Shown: positions 1 through 14,901, counted from the stretch's first letter. The stretch is DNA of 64,000 nucleotides from an uncultured delta proteobacterium (GCA_963848295.1 CAWKDB010000011.1:224001-288000), one strand, 5' to 3'. Notes: a model not told the origin generated them from the sequence alone. A program made the numbers and translations.

Positions 1-947
1 TCGCGACCGCGAAGGCGAGCGATCATCCGATCGCACAGGACGTCGGTGATGTCGTCACGAACCACCCGGCGGCGTTCTCGCACGTCTCGGACGGCACGGT
101 CGTGTTCGGGTTCGACGAGGGCGCGCTGGTCGTCGCGGGCAAGCGCGGCACCGGGCGGTTCGTCGCGCTCGCCGACCCGAGCATGCTGATCAATCGCATG
201 CAGCAACAGCAATTCGGCGGCAACGTCCAGCTCGCGACCAACATCTTGCGCTGGCTCGATCGCGACGGGCGCGCTCGCCGAGTCGTCATCCTGCGCGGCG
301 AGGTCTCGATGTTCGGCGATCCGCAGTCGTTTATCGCCGATCCGAACGACAGCTCGGTCGCGCGTTCGATCGACGAGATCAACAAGTGGCTGCACGGCGC
401 GAAGGACTGGCTGCTCATCCCGAGCGGGATGCAAGGCCTCGCCGCCGCGCTCGCGACGCTGCTGCTCGTGCTCGCGGTCGCCGCGCTGCCGGTGCGCCGC
501 GGCCCGAAGATCGACGGCGCCTGGCTGCGGTTCGGCCGGCCGGTGCGCCGCGACGAGCCTCACGCGGTGGTCGCTGCGGCCGAGCGCGCGGCCGACGGCG
601 GTCCGTTGAACCGGGGGCGCGGGGCCGGCACGCTGCTCGTGCTCGCGTGCGTGATGCGGGACCAGGTTCAGGGCTTGCTCGCCGCGGCGGTCGGCAAGTC
701 CGAGCCGTTGTATACGATGCCGGAGAGCGAGCTCGTCGCGCGGGTCGCGACCGCGCGCGGGACAGAGGCGGGTATCGCGCTGACCCGCGTGTACCGCCGG
801 CTGCGGGCGTTGCCGAGCCGAGGTCAAGCGGCGGCGCCGTGGAGCGCCGGTCAGCTCGCCCGGCGCGATTTCGATGCGTTATACCGAGACGTCGCCGAGC
901 TGTGTCGTACTCTCGGTCAGCCCCTCAGCGAAGCCGTGGAAGCCTGA
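1..947 (+). CDS. DUF4350/GldG-like membrane-associated protein of MoxR cluster (5' truncated by window)
   Basis: Frame is open from base 3 (ATAKASDHPIAQDVGDVVTNHP...). It has 'GRFVALADPSMLIN' and a TM helix (LAAALATLLLVLAVAAL), and abuts moxR. Confidence 0.6.
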   Translation, partial: ATAKASDHPIAQDVGDVVTNHPAAFSHVSDGTVVFGFDEGALVVAGKRGTGRFVALADPSMLINRMQQQQFGGNVQLATNILRWLDRDGRARRVVILRGEVSMFGDPQSFIADPNDSSVARSIDEINKWLHGAKDWLLIPSGMQGLAAALATLLLVLAVAALPVRRGPKIDGAWLRFGRPVRRDEPHAVVAAAERAADGGPLNRGRGAGTLLVLACVMRDQVQGLLAAAVGKSEPLYTMPESELVARVATARGTEAGIALTRVYRRLRALPSRGQAAAPWSAGQLARRDFDALYRDVAELCRTLGQPLSEAVEA

Positions 948-1919
<972 letters not shown>

Positions 1920-1949
1920 CGCGGCGATGCCGCGCGTCGGAGCCGGCGT

Positions 1950-3620
1950 TTGATCCCGCGCCTCGCCGCCCGCGGCAAGTACGTGCTCGGCACGGCGCTG
2001 CTGTTTCTCGTCGTCGGCGCCCTGCACGGCGCGCCGCCGCTCGTCGCTCTGGCGGGCGCGATCCTCAGCGTCTTGCTCGCGCTCTACTTGATGTTCTATC
2101 CGACCGCGATCTTGCTGCGGCGCAAGAAGATCGAGCTGTCCTGGTGGGTGCCGCCCGGCGACCAACCCAGTGGCGCGCTCGCCGCGGATCGGCCGTTCTT
2201 GTTGCACCTCGCGTTTCGCAATCACGGCAGCCGCAAGCTGCGAATCCTGTCGACCAAGATCCTCGCCGGCTCCGGCCTGCACATCGAGGAGCGGCCGAGC
2301 GCGACCGTGAAGCGCGGCGAGCAAGTCGAGGTCACGACGACGGTGCGCGCGCTCGCCGCGGGCTATCACGTGTTGCACGGCGCGGCGCTCGCGTTCGGCG
2401 ACGCGCTGGGCCTGTTCGACATCGAAGCGTTCTTCCCGAACCCGATCGCGGTCAAGGCGTTCCCGCGCACGACGGTGCTGCGCGGCGCGGCCGTGCGCGC
2501 TGGCCTCGGCGCGCTGCACGAGCAGGTCGGGCTCCATCACGTCCGCCGCCGCGGCCTCGCCGGTGAGCTTCGCGAGATCCGCGAGCACAGCCACGGCGAC
2601 CCGTTCAAGTTCATCGCGTGGAAGGCAACCGCGCGCCGCCAGCAACTGATGGTGCGCGAGCTCGAGAACGAGATCGTGACCACCCACGTCGTCATGCTCG
2701 ACGTCGGGACGGGCATGCGCGCCGGCCCACTCGGCAAGACCGCGCTCGACTGGGCGTGCGATGCGACCGCTGCGGTCGCGAAGATGGCGGTCGCGTCGAG
2801 CGATCGTATCGGCCTGGTCGCGTACGACACGCGCCCGGTGCTCGAGCTCGCGCCCGACACCGGCCATCACCACTACCTCCAGCTTGTCGACCGCTTGCTC
2901 GACACCCGGGCGATCGTCGACGCCGATCTCACCGACGTCACCGCGGGCGAGCTCGTGGCGCTCGTCGCGCGCTACCTCGCGCACCAAGAGGCGATCGACG
3001 TCCGGATCAAGATCGCGCCTCCACTCGACGATCCACACTGGAACGCGATCCAGGCCGGCCCCGACGGCCAGCTCTACGACGTCGCGGCGACCGCGCGGAT
3101 GTGCAAGCGCCTGATCGACGCGACCGGGGCGCGAGACGGCCTGGACAAGCAGCGCGCCCCGGTCGTGGTCGACGACGATCCTCAGATGCGGCCGCTGCGC
3201 GCGCTGTGCCGACTGCGCGGCATCGAGCTGCCGTATCGCACGGCGTGGGAGCACGGTCGACGCGCCGCCGGGCTCACGGCCGCGGTCGAACGCGCGGTCG
3301 CGGGTGGCCGGCCCGACGTCGCGATCATCGTCAGCGACCTCGCCGGCCTCGGGGAAGACGAGCCGCGTGCGACGCGGGCGATCGCGCGCCTGCGCCGAGC
3401 CGCAGGCACGGTCGTGGCATTGGTGCCGTCGCCCGCGGTGTTCTTGCCGGTGGCGCACACCACGCACGGCCGGCGCGCGAGGGAGTTGATGGTGCGCGAT
3501 GCGCGAGCGGCGCACGAGGCGGGACGCAAGCTGCTCGTTCGCCACGGCGTCCGGGTCGTCGAGGCGTCGGGGGCGGTCCCCCTCGACGCGCTACTGCACG
3601 GCCGGCGTAGCGCCGCTTAG
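1950..3620 (+). CDS. DUF58 domain protein (MoxR partner, vWA-like)
   Basis: N-terminal TM helices, ELREIREHSHGDPFKFIAWKATAR motif, VMLDVG; directly follows moxR. Confidence 0.85.
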   Translation: MIPRLAARGKYVLGTALLFLVVGALHGAPPLVALAGAILSVLLALYLMFYPTAILLRRKKIELSWWVPPGDQPSGALAADRPFLLHLAFRNHGSRKLRILSTKILAGSGLHIEERPSATVKRGEQVEVTTTVRALAAGYHVLHGAALAFGDALGLFDIEAFFPNPIAVKAFPRTTVLRGAAVRAGLGALHEQVGLHHVRRRGLAGELREIREHSHGDPFKFIAWKATARRQQLMVRELENEIVTTHVVMLDVGTGMRAGPLGKTALDWACDATAAVAKMAVASSDRIGLVAYDTRPVLELAPDTGHHHYLQLVDRLLDTRAIVDADLTDVTAGELVALVARYLAHQEAIDVRIKIAPPLDDPHWNAIQAGPDGQLYDVAATARMCKRLIDATGARDGLDKQRAPVVVDDDPQMRPLRALCRLRGIELPYRTAWEHGRRAAGLTAAVERAVAGGRPDVAIIVSDLAGLGEDEPRATRAIARLRRAAGTVVALVPSPAVFLPVAHTTHGRRARELMVRDARAAHEAGRKLLVRHGVRVVEASGAVPLDALLHGRRSAA

Positions 3621-3634
3621 AAAAGCGTGTGCTG

Positions 3635-3865
3635 CTACTCGCCGATCTCCAGGTGCGACTGGACGACGGTGATGCTCCACGCATGGGCCGCGTCCTTACC
3701 AAACGTGGTGGTCGAGGCCGAGACCGCGTCTCCACCCTTGCCGGCCGCCTTCGAGGTCACCGACCCGATCGAGATGGCGGTCAGCAAGACGGCCGCCCCG
3801 ATGAACAGAGCGTCCCTCCAGCGATCGCGGAGATGACGGCGAGCGATGTCGGTCAGATTCCCCAT
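3635..3865 (-). CDS. Small 76-aa single-TM hypothetical protein
   Basis: GGAGG RBS (3873-3877) precedes ATG at 3865; hydrophobic segment ALFIGAAVLLTAISIGSV; lower-GC promoter-like region upstream. Confidence 0.7.
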   Translation of the reverse strand: MGNLTDIARRHLRDRWRDALFIGAAVLLTAISIGSVTSKAAGKGGDAVSASTTTFGKDAAHAWSITVVQSHLEIGE

Positions 3866-4103
3866 GGCAGTACCTCCAGCTAAAGAACTCCCACCATAAC
3901 AATACCAAGTCCCATGTCGGGTGTCACGCAAATCGCGTGAAAACGACCCTCCGGGGGGATCGATGTTGTCGTCGAGAAATGCCGAAACATCGCGACACCG
4001 AGCACCCTGGCCTACATCACGGGACAACACGTACGTGGGAGTCACCTACACGCCGTCACGTGGATGCTGCACGCCCCCGACCCGCGGTTGACGCGTCGTC
4101 GTT

Positions 4104-5285
4104 CTACGAGAGTCGTTCTTCGGCCTCGAGGCGATCCGACAACGATGCGATGTCGCCGCGCAACGCCGCGCCACACACATGACAGTGCGTATCGCTGTCG
4201 CGCACGATCGCCGAGCAGGCCGAGCAGCGCGGCACGCGCACGCGCCGACCGACGACATGGCCAGCGCACGCGCTGCCGAGCGCGATCACCGGCGCCGCGC
4301 CACGGCTGGCGACGAGCGCGGCGATGCCGACGCCGAGCACGGTCCCGGCGACCATCCCTACGCCACCGCGGTTCGTGCGCCAACGAAACGCGGTGCGCTC
4401 GATCGCGACCGGCTCGTCGAGCGCGACCGCTTCGAACGGCTCGATCGCGGGGCGCGTCGCGATGGCAGGGAGGTCGACCGCGATACCGAGCTCGGCGCGC
4501 AGCTCGCCGCCCGTGTCGCGCAGCGCTGCCATCCACGCGGTGACCTCGTCGCGCTGCGGCGGCTCGAGGCCACGCGGCGGGGTGGTCTCGCCGCGCACGA
4601 CGGTCTGCACCGCGAGCAAGAACGCGAGCTCGGACATGTCGAGGTACCCGGCCTGCAGCACGTCGTACTCGATCGGCGCGTAGCCGCCGTAGAACCGACC
4701 GCTGCGCGTGTACTGCTGGAACGCGGCGTTCACGGCGAGCACCCCGAGCCCGAGGTAGACCGTCGCGATCGAGCCGCGCTCGTGGTCGCGTTCGGGATCG
4801 ACATCGATCTCGTCGCGCTCGTTCGCGCGATACGGGTCCGGCGCCAGCTGGCGCGCGATCATCGCGTGCGCGACACCGACTTCGTGCGCGAGCGTGCCGG
4901 CGACGTTGTCGTCGCCGATATGCATCGCGGACAGCACCGCGACAAACCCTGCCGGCGATTGTTCGTCGGTGGGACGGAGCTCGATCACCGCACAGTCGGT
5001 CGCGGGTTTGCGCTCGGTCGGTGGCGCACCGACCAGCTCGTCGAGCACGACCGCGCCGCACAGCGGGCGCGGGTTCGTACCGGCCGCGTTCGCATGCGAG
5101 ATCAATCGCCGCACGAGCAGCTCGACCCCCGAGCAACTCGGGGCCCACGGCTCGGGGAACGCCGCTGGGCCGGGCACGACCGGCGGCAGCAGCAGCGAGG
5201 CCGCGCCGCCTGCCGCGATCAGCTCCGCCAGAGCCGCGAGTAGATCGCGACGCCGCTCGGGCTCCGGCTGCTCGGGCACCGCCAC
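4104..5285 (-). CDS. Hypothetical membrane protein with degenerate zincin-like motif and C-terminal Zn ribbon
   Basis: LAHEVG and YLGLG/GYL motifs, two C-terminal TM helices, CSAC-x10-CHVC; lies directly downstream of smc. Confidence 0.7.
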   Translation of the reverse strand: MAVPEQPEPERRRDLLAALAELIAAGGAASLLLPPVVPGPAAFPEPWAPSCSGVELLVRRLISHANAAGTNPRPLCGAVVLDELVGAPPTERKPATDCAVIELRPTDEQSPAGFVAVLSAMHIGDDNVAGTLAHEVGVAHAMIARQLAPDPYRANERDEIDVDPERDHERGSIATVYLGLGVLAVNAAFQQYTRSGRFYGGYAPIEYDVLQAGYLDMSELAFLLAVQTVVRGETTPPRGLEPPQRDEVTAWMAALRDTGGELRAELGIAVDLPAIATRPAIEPFEAVALDEPVAIERTAFRWRTNRGGVGMVAGTVLGVGIAALVASRGAAPVIALGSACAGHVVGRRVRVPRCSACSAIVRDSDTHCHVCGAALRGDIASLSDRLEAEERLS

Positions 5286-5305
5286 GCCTGGCTATGTAGC
5301 ACGCC

Positions 5306-9376
<4,071 letters not shown>

Positions 9377-9443
9377 GGCACTCCGCTGACTAGCCGCGGC
9401 AGGGTGCACCAACCCTATGACACTGACGTGCTATCACGTCGGG

Positions 9444-11186
9444 GTGCGCTGGGTAGCTGGCATCGCGATCGCGCTGTGTACGGCGGTGGCCGTCGCCGCG
9501 CCGCAGGTCGATATCAAGGCCCAGACCCAGGTCTCGCTGAGCTCGTTCCGGCTCGCCGGAGCAGGTCGCGCCGAGGTCCGAGGCCGGCTCACCGACAAGC
9601 TGACCGGCGAGGGGCTCTCCGGCGAGATCGTGACGATCAGGGTCGGGTCGGAGACCGTGCGAGGCTATACCGAGCTCGACGGCACCTTCACCGCGCAGCT
9701 CGATGTCGACGACGGCCCGCAGGTGGTCACGCTCGCGTTTCCCGGCGGCGGTGCGCTCGATCCGGCCAGCCCCACCACCGTGACCAGCGATCCGTCGAAG
9801 GCGCCGGTCGCGCTCGATGTCCGCAAGGTCGATGACGATCCGCGCGGGGTCAAGCTGATCGTGCGGGCCAGCGTCGACGGCGAGCCGATCGCACTGCCGA
9901 TCGCGCTATCGATCAGCGCGCCGGGCAGCGACAAGCGCGTCGAGCTGCCACCAGCGACGTCGAACCAGCCGCTCGTGGTCGGCCGCAAGCAAGTCGGTGG
10001 TCCCGGGCCCAAGCAATTGCGCGCCGCGTTCGCGGGCGATCTCACCCACCAGCCGGCGAGCGCCGAGACGACGTTCGAGCTGTCCGCGACGACGCAGACC
10101 ACGATGTCGTTGGCGAGCGCGACCTTGCCCTTCGAGGACAAGCTCGCGGTCACCGGCCAAGTCATCGACGAGGACGGCGCGCCCGTGCCGCTCGCGGCGG
10201 TCACTCTCAGCGCAAACGAGCGAGAGCTCGCCCACGGCCAGACCGGCGACGACGGCCACTATGCCTTCGAGGTCGAGGGCGCGGTGATCGCGCCAGACAA
10301 GACCGATCTGCCCGAGCCGTTCACGCTGCAAGTCGCGAGCGATCCGGGCAAGCCGTTCCTGACCTCGAGCAAGTCACCGCCCGCGACCGTGAAGGTCGAG
10401 AAACCGCAGCCCGTGCCTGTGTCGTACACGATGGGTGCGTTCCTCGTCACCGCGCTGGCCGCGGGCGGGTTCTTCGCCGCGCGCGGTAAGCCGTGGCAAC
10501 GGTTTCGTCGCCGCGCGCCGCCGGCCGAAGCGACGGAGGCCGCCGAGCCCGTGGTCGCGCGCGACGGCGGCATGGTGATCGCGAAGCCGAGCATGATGTC
10601 GACGCTGCGCCGCGCCGCCGATGACGGGTTCTCGGGCGCGGTCCGCGACACGGTGCGCGGCCGTCCGGTCGGTGAGGCGGTCGTCCGCCTGGTGTTCGGT
10701 GCGCTCGACGGCCGCGGCTTGCCCGCGGTCGGCAGCGCCGCCGAAGGGCGGCGCGGTGAGAGCGAGCTGGAAGCTCGGACCGCCGCCGACGGCAGCTTCG
10801 CGTTCGAGCGGCTCGAGCCCGGCGAGTGGCGCGCCGAGGTCGCGGCGCCCGGGCACGTCACCGAGCGGTTCGCGGTCACGATCCCGCATCGCGGCGAGCT
10901 CCGCGGCGTCCGCGTCGACCTCGTGCCGGTGCGCGAGCGCGTGTTCCAGCTCTATCGCCGCGCCGCCGAGCCGGTGCTTCCCGAGCCGCGGCTGTGGGGC
11001 GTGTGGTCGCCGCGCCAGATCGTCGATCACGTGCGCGCGCGTCGGCCGAGCCCTGCGCTCGCCGAGCTGACCGACTTCGTCGAAGAGGTCTACTTCTCGG
11101 CGCGATTGTCTGAAGAGACGGCGCTCGTCCTCGCCTCTGCGCGCGTCGATCGCGCGATTGCGGAACGAGCGACAGGCCGCGCTTAG
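9444..11186 (+). CDS. Secreted/membrane protein with Ig-like and carboxypeptidase-regulatory-like domains
   Basis: Signal peptide, repeated beta-sandwich motifs (TELDGTF, TGDDGHY, TAADGSF), central TM helix; divergent from smc. GTG 9444 preferred over 9417. Confidence 0.75.
   Translation: MRWVAGIAIALCTAVAVAAPQVDIKAQTQVSLSSFRLAGAGRAEVRGRLTDKLTGEGLSGEIVTIRVGSETVRGYTELDGTFTAQLDVDDGPQVVTLAFPGGGALDPASPTTVTSDPSKAPVALDVRKVDDDPRGVKLIVRASVDGEPIALPIALSISAPGSDKRVELPPATSNQPLVVGRKQVGGPGPKQLRAAFAGDLTHQPASAETTFELSATTQTTMSLASATLPFEDKLAVTGQVIDEDGAPVPLAAVTLSANERELAHGQTGDDGHYAFEVEGAVIAPDKTDLPEPFTLQVASDPGKPFLTSSKSPPATVKVEKPQPVPVSYTMGAFLVTALAAGGFFAARGKPWQRFRRRAPPAEATEAAEPVVARDGGMVIAKPSMMSTLRRAADDGFSGAVRDTVRGRPVGEAVVRLVFGALDGRGLPAVGSAAEGRRGESELEARTAADGSFAFERLEPGEWRAEVAAPGHVTERFAVTIPHRGELRGVRVDLVPVRERVFQLYRRAAEPVLPEPRLWGVWSPRQIVDHVRARRPSPALAELTDFVEEVYFSARLSEETALVLASARVDRAIAERATGRA
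10705..10765 (+). repeat. Double-hairpin REP-like element inserted in-frame in CDS (copy 1)
   Basis: GCCGCGG-CTTGC-CCGCGGT followed by GCGCCGCC-GAAG-GGCGGCGC; 49/61 identical to 34303-34363. Confidence 0.75.
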
Positions 11187-11210
11187 AAGGTTGCGGTATA
11201 CGTCCGGGCG

Positions 11211-12407
11211 ATGCAGACAGAGCTGATCGAGCTCGCCGGCGCGATCGTCGGACTCGCGCTGATCATGTTCGTGTTGCGGCGCGCGTCGGCCAGGAGCCGA
11301 GAGCGAGCGCCGGACAGCATTCGCGAGCGACTCGGCGTCGAACCGGCGCAAGAGCTCGCCAAGCCGCGCCGCGAGCGCAAGCGCCCTCGCCCGGGCAAGC
11401 CCGAGCCCGCGAAGGTTGAGAAAAAGCCGGCCAAGAAGCCCGAGCCCGAGGACGAGCACGAGGAGGAGCACGAGGACGGCCACGCCGATCCCGAGGCCGC
11501 GGCCGCCTACCAGGCCGGGCTGGCGAAGACGCGCGGCGGGTTCGTCGCGCGCCTCGGCAAGCTGTTCGGCAAGAAGAAGATCGACGCGACCACCCTCGAC
11601 GAGCTCGAACAGGTGCTGTTCACCGCCGACATCGGGCCGCGCGCCGCCGATCGGATCTTCCAAGCGGTCAAGCTCGGCTTGTCGAAGAACGAGCTCGAGG
11701 AGTCCGACAAGATCTGGGTGAAGATCAAACAGACGTCGCGCGAGATCCTCGCGGTCGACGCGCCCGAGCTCGACCTCGAGCGCGCACATCCATTCGTGCT
11801 GCTCGTGCTCGGCGTCAATGGCGTCGGTAAGACCACGACGATCGGCAAGCTCGCCGCGAAGTGGAAGGCCACCGGCAAGAAGGTGCTGCTCGCCGCCGGC
11901 GATACGTTCCGCGCCGCCGCGACCGAGCAGCTCGAAGAATGGGCCAAGCGCGCCGAGGTCGAGATCGTCAAAGGCAAGGCCGGTGGCGATCCGTCGTCGG
12001 TGATCTTCGACGCGATCAAGCGCGGCGTCGACGAGGGCTTCGACCTGGTGATCTGCGATACCGCCGGCCGGCTGCACTCCAACGCGGGCCTGATGGACGA
12101 GCTCAAGAAGCTGCGCCGCGTCAGCGACAAGGCGATGCCCGGCGCGCCCCACGAGACCTGGATGGTGCTCGATGCGACGACCGGCCAGAACGCGATCGAA
12201 CAGGCCAAGACCTTCAAGAAGGACATGGAGATCACCGGGATCGTCCTGACCAAGCTCGACGGCTCGTCGAAGGGCGGCGTCGTGCTCGGCATCTGCGACG
12301 AGCTCAAGGTCCCGGTCAGGTTCATCGGCGTGGGCGAAAAGATCGCCGACCTCCGGCCGTTCGAGCCGGAGGTCTTCGTCGAGGCGCTCTACGACAAGGC
12401 CCCGTAA
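11211..12407 (+). CDS. ftsY: Signal recognition particle receptor FtsY
   Basis: [32 protein letters not shown] motifs; N-terminal TM anchor. Confidence 0.97.
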   Translation: MQTELIELAGAIVGLALIMFVLRRASARSRERAPDSIRERLGVEPAQELAKPRRERKRPRPGKPEPAKVEKKPAKKPEPEDEHEEEHEDGHADPEAAAAYQAGLAKTRGGFVARLGKLFGKKKIDATTLDELEQVLFTADIGPRAADRIFQAVKLGLSKNELEESDKIWVKIKQTSREILAVDAPELDLERAHPFVLLVLGVNGVGKTTTIGKLAAKWKATGKKVLLAAGDTFRAAATEQLEEWAKRAEVEIVKGKAGGDPSSVIFDAIKRGVDEGFDLVICDTAGRLHSNAGLMDELKKLRRVSDKAMPGAPHETWMVLDATTGQNAIEQAKTFKKDMEITGIVLTKLDGSSKGGVVLGICDELKVPVRFIGVGEKIADLRPFEPEVFVEALYDKAP

Positions 12408-12576
12408 CCGCCGATCGATCGGCCCACGTCGGGGCCGGTTCCCAGACATCTGCTGACGTCCCCTAACCGGAGCGCAATAGGGGGCTGGCTTTATGTGTCA
12501 GCCGGCCACCCGCCCGGTCAAACCGTGGCAGCCGGCTTGAGGGCCGAGAAAGTCACGTGTTATGAAGCGTCTACGA

Positions 12577-13614
12577 ATGGGGACTCTCAAACATCGATCG
12601 ACGTCCTGCCTGATCGTGGCCCTGGCGCTCGTCGCTGGTTCCGCGCTCGGGGCTCCGAAAAAGGGCAGCAGCGGCGCCAAGAAGGGCGGCGCCACCCCCG
12701 CCAAGGGTAGCGGCTCTGCCTCTGGCGACGCGGGCGAGATCGAGATGGACGACTCCGGCGGCGCCAAAGGCGGTGGCGGGGGATCGGCGGCAGGGGCCGG
12801 TAGCGGCGGCGGCAGCGGTGACAGCGGCGAGATCGAGATGGACGATGACAGCAACAAGCCGCCGAGCGACCTCGCGGCTGATCTGGCCAGCTCTGGCAGC
12901 GACACCGGACCGGTCAAGGTCGGCGCGGTCAAGAAGACCCCGCTGTCGTGGGCCGACATCCTCGTCGTCGTGCGCAAGCCGTTCTTGAAGACCGGCCGTA
13001 CCGAGCTCGCTCCGTTCGTCGGCATCACGATGAACGACAACATCATTCGCCACCAATCGATCGGCGGCGAGCTGTCGTACTACCTGACCGACGTGCTCGC
13101 GATCGGCGTCGAGGGCCAGTACTTCACGCATACGTTCGAAGAGCCGTTCGACCTCGTCGCGCGCCAGGCGCGCCGGCTGCCGACCGTCAACGATTACAAG
13201 TGGGGCGCCGCGCTCGACTTCCACTACGTCCCCGTCTACGGCAAGTTCGCCGTGCTCGACCACAAGCTGGTGTCGTGGGAGGTGTTCTTCACCGCCGGCA
13301 TCGGCGCCGGTCAGAGCGAGGTCATCCCGCGCGATTCGCGCTACCCCGGGTTCACGAACTTCCTGATCCAACCGAACGTCGGCGCGAGCATGCGGTTCTT
13401 CCTCGCGAAGTGGCTGACCGTCAGCCTCGGCGTGCGCGACTACGCCTTCATCGACCACTTCGAGCCCGTCGACCGCGGCGGGCCGATGATGCAGAACGTG
13501 ACCGCGAGCGAGGCGTCGGCGAACGCCGACAGCTCGTTCATCAACAACATCATGTTCCAGGTCGGCATCAGCTTCTGGCTCCCGACCTCCTTCGAATACA
13601 CCACCTTCCGCTGA
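12577..13614 (+). CDS. Myxobacterial outer-membrane beta-barrel protein (OMP_myx_plus/Glt-like)
   Basis: Signal peptide, G/S/D-rich linker, '[15 protein letters not shown]', 'PVYGKFA', amphipathic strands. Start could be 12562. Confidence 0.75.
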   Translation: MGTLKHRSTSCLIVALALVAGSALGAPKKGSSGAKKGGATPAKGSGSASGDAGEIEMDDSGGAKGGGGGSAAGAGSGGGSGDSGEIEMDDDSNKPPSDLAADLASSGSDTGPVKVGAVKKTPLSWADILVVVRKPFLKTGRTELAPFVGITMNDNIIRHQSIGGELSYYLTDVLAIGVEGQYFTHTFEEPFDLVARQARRLPTVNDYKWGAALDFHYVPVYGKFAVLDHKLVSWEVFFTAGIGAGQSEVIPRDSRYPGFTNFLIQPNVGASMRFFLAKWLTVSLGVRDYAFIDHFEPVDRGGPMMQNVTASEASANADSSFINNIMFQVGISFWLPTSFEYTTFR

Positions 13615-13625
13615 CCGGAGCGATC

Positions 13626-14486
13626 ATGGCCAAACCAGCATTATTCGTGGCCGCGCTGATCGGCGTGGCAATCACAGCGAGCCGGGCGAACGCCGACGAC
13701 TACATCGGTCACCGCACGAACAATCTCGCGAAGGACGTCGCGGTCCGCCATCGCCGGTTGCTCGTCAAGCATCGCATCGAGCTGACCCCGTTGTTCGAGT
13801 CGACGATCAACGCGGACTACCAGCACATCGTCGGCGGCGGCCTCAAGTTCGAGTACCACTTCAGCGACATGTTCTCGATCGGCGTGATCGGCGTCGCGTC
13901 GACCGCGTTCCACACCGCGCTCGTCGACAACATCATCAACTCGCCGCTGCCGGATAGCCCGACCGCGGGCGTCCGCGACCCGAGCAAGACCGAGTACCTC
14001 GATCACCTCAACTCGATGCCGTTTCACGGCGCCGCGTACCTGAGCCTCACGCCCTGGTACGGCAAGCTCGCCGCGTTCAGCTCGGCCTACGTCGCGTTCG
14101 ACTTCTACTTCCAGGCCGGCGTCGCGTTCGCGTCGCTGTCGAGCAACTGCCCGGTCAGCGTGTGCAGCGATCCCGATCCGGGGAAGCCGACGACCAACGC
14201 GATGGGCATGACCGTGCCACCTGACCTCAACCCGAACAACGATGCGCCGCTCAACAGCGGCGGCCGCGTCGGTCTCTACCTCGGCGGCGGCATTCACGTG
14301 TTCCTGAACGACTTCCTCGCGCTCGACCTCACGGTCCGCGACTACGCGTTCTCGGACAACCCGTCGGGCGCCGACGTCAACGCCGACCTCGCGGTGACCT
14401 CGGCGGACAACCAGTTCCTGAACCACCTGTTCTTCGGCGTCGGCCTGTCGATCATGCTGCCGACGACCGTCGTCCGCACGCCGTAG
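13626..14486 (+). CDS. Second myxobacterial outer-membrane beta-barrel protein (paralog)
   Basis: GGAG RBS, signal peptide, 'VRHRRLLVKHRIEL.P', 'PWYGKLA', 'LTVRDY' shared with the upstream gene. Confidence 0.75.
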   Translation: MAKPALFVAALIGVAITASRANADDYIGHRTNNLAKDVAVRHRRLLVKHRIELTPLFESTINADYQHIVGGGLKFEYHFSDMFSIGVIGVASTAFHTALVDNIINSPLPDSPTAGVRDPSKTEYLDHLNSMPFHGAAYLSLTPWYGKLAAFSSAYVAFDFYFQAGVAFASLSSNCPVSVCSDPDPGKPTTNAMGMTVPPDLNPNNDAPLNSGGRVGLYLGGGIHVFLNDFLALDLTVRDYAFSDNPSGADVNADLAVTSADNQFLNHLFFGVGLSIMLPTTVVRTP

Positions 14487-14512
14487 CCCCGAGTTGAATC
14501 GATCGGCCGGGC

Positions 14513-14884
14513 CTACTGGCAGTAGTCGGTCCCGCTCTGCTGGCCGTCGCGGAGCACGACGCAGGTCGAGACCGTCTGCTGGTTCGTCGTGATCGAGACG
14601 ACGACCTGGTTGCCCACGACCGCCGGGAACGGCTGCGTGGTGAAGCTGCCGTCGTCGCTGATCCGCTGGATCACCCCGCTGCCGACCGTGTCGTTGAACA
14701 CGTAGGCGGTGCCCGCCTCGTACAAGTCGTTCGACGGATAGCTCATGACGCCGGTCCCGGTCGACGTCGAGTCCGGCGGCGTGATCTGCACCGTCATCTG
14801 CGACGGGTCGGGCGGCGGGATCGGGATCGATGGCGTCACACAGCCGGCGAGGCTGACCAAAGCGATGACGACGAGGCGGCGCAT
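14513..14884 (-). CDS. Small lipoprotein
   Basis: Lipobox LAGC after a hydrophobic signal peptide. Confidence 0.75.
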   Translation of the reverse strand: MRRLVVIALVSLAGCVTPSIPIPPPDPSQMTVQITPPDSTSTGTGVMSYPSNDLYEAGTAYVFNDTVGSGVIQRISDDGSFTTQPFPAVVGNQVVVSITTNQQTVSTCVVLRDGQQSGTDYCQ

Positions 14885-14901
14885 GGCTCGGCTCTTCCAA
14901 G

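Noticed and set aside
12470..12540. Possible c-di-GMP-I riboswitch upstream of the beta-barrel genes (CCGGTCAAACCGTGGCAGCCGG)
   Set aside because: Only the 3' stem is loosely similar; the GGCAAA...GAAA...GACGCAAAGC 5' half is missing.
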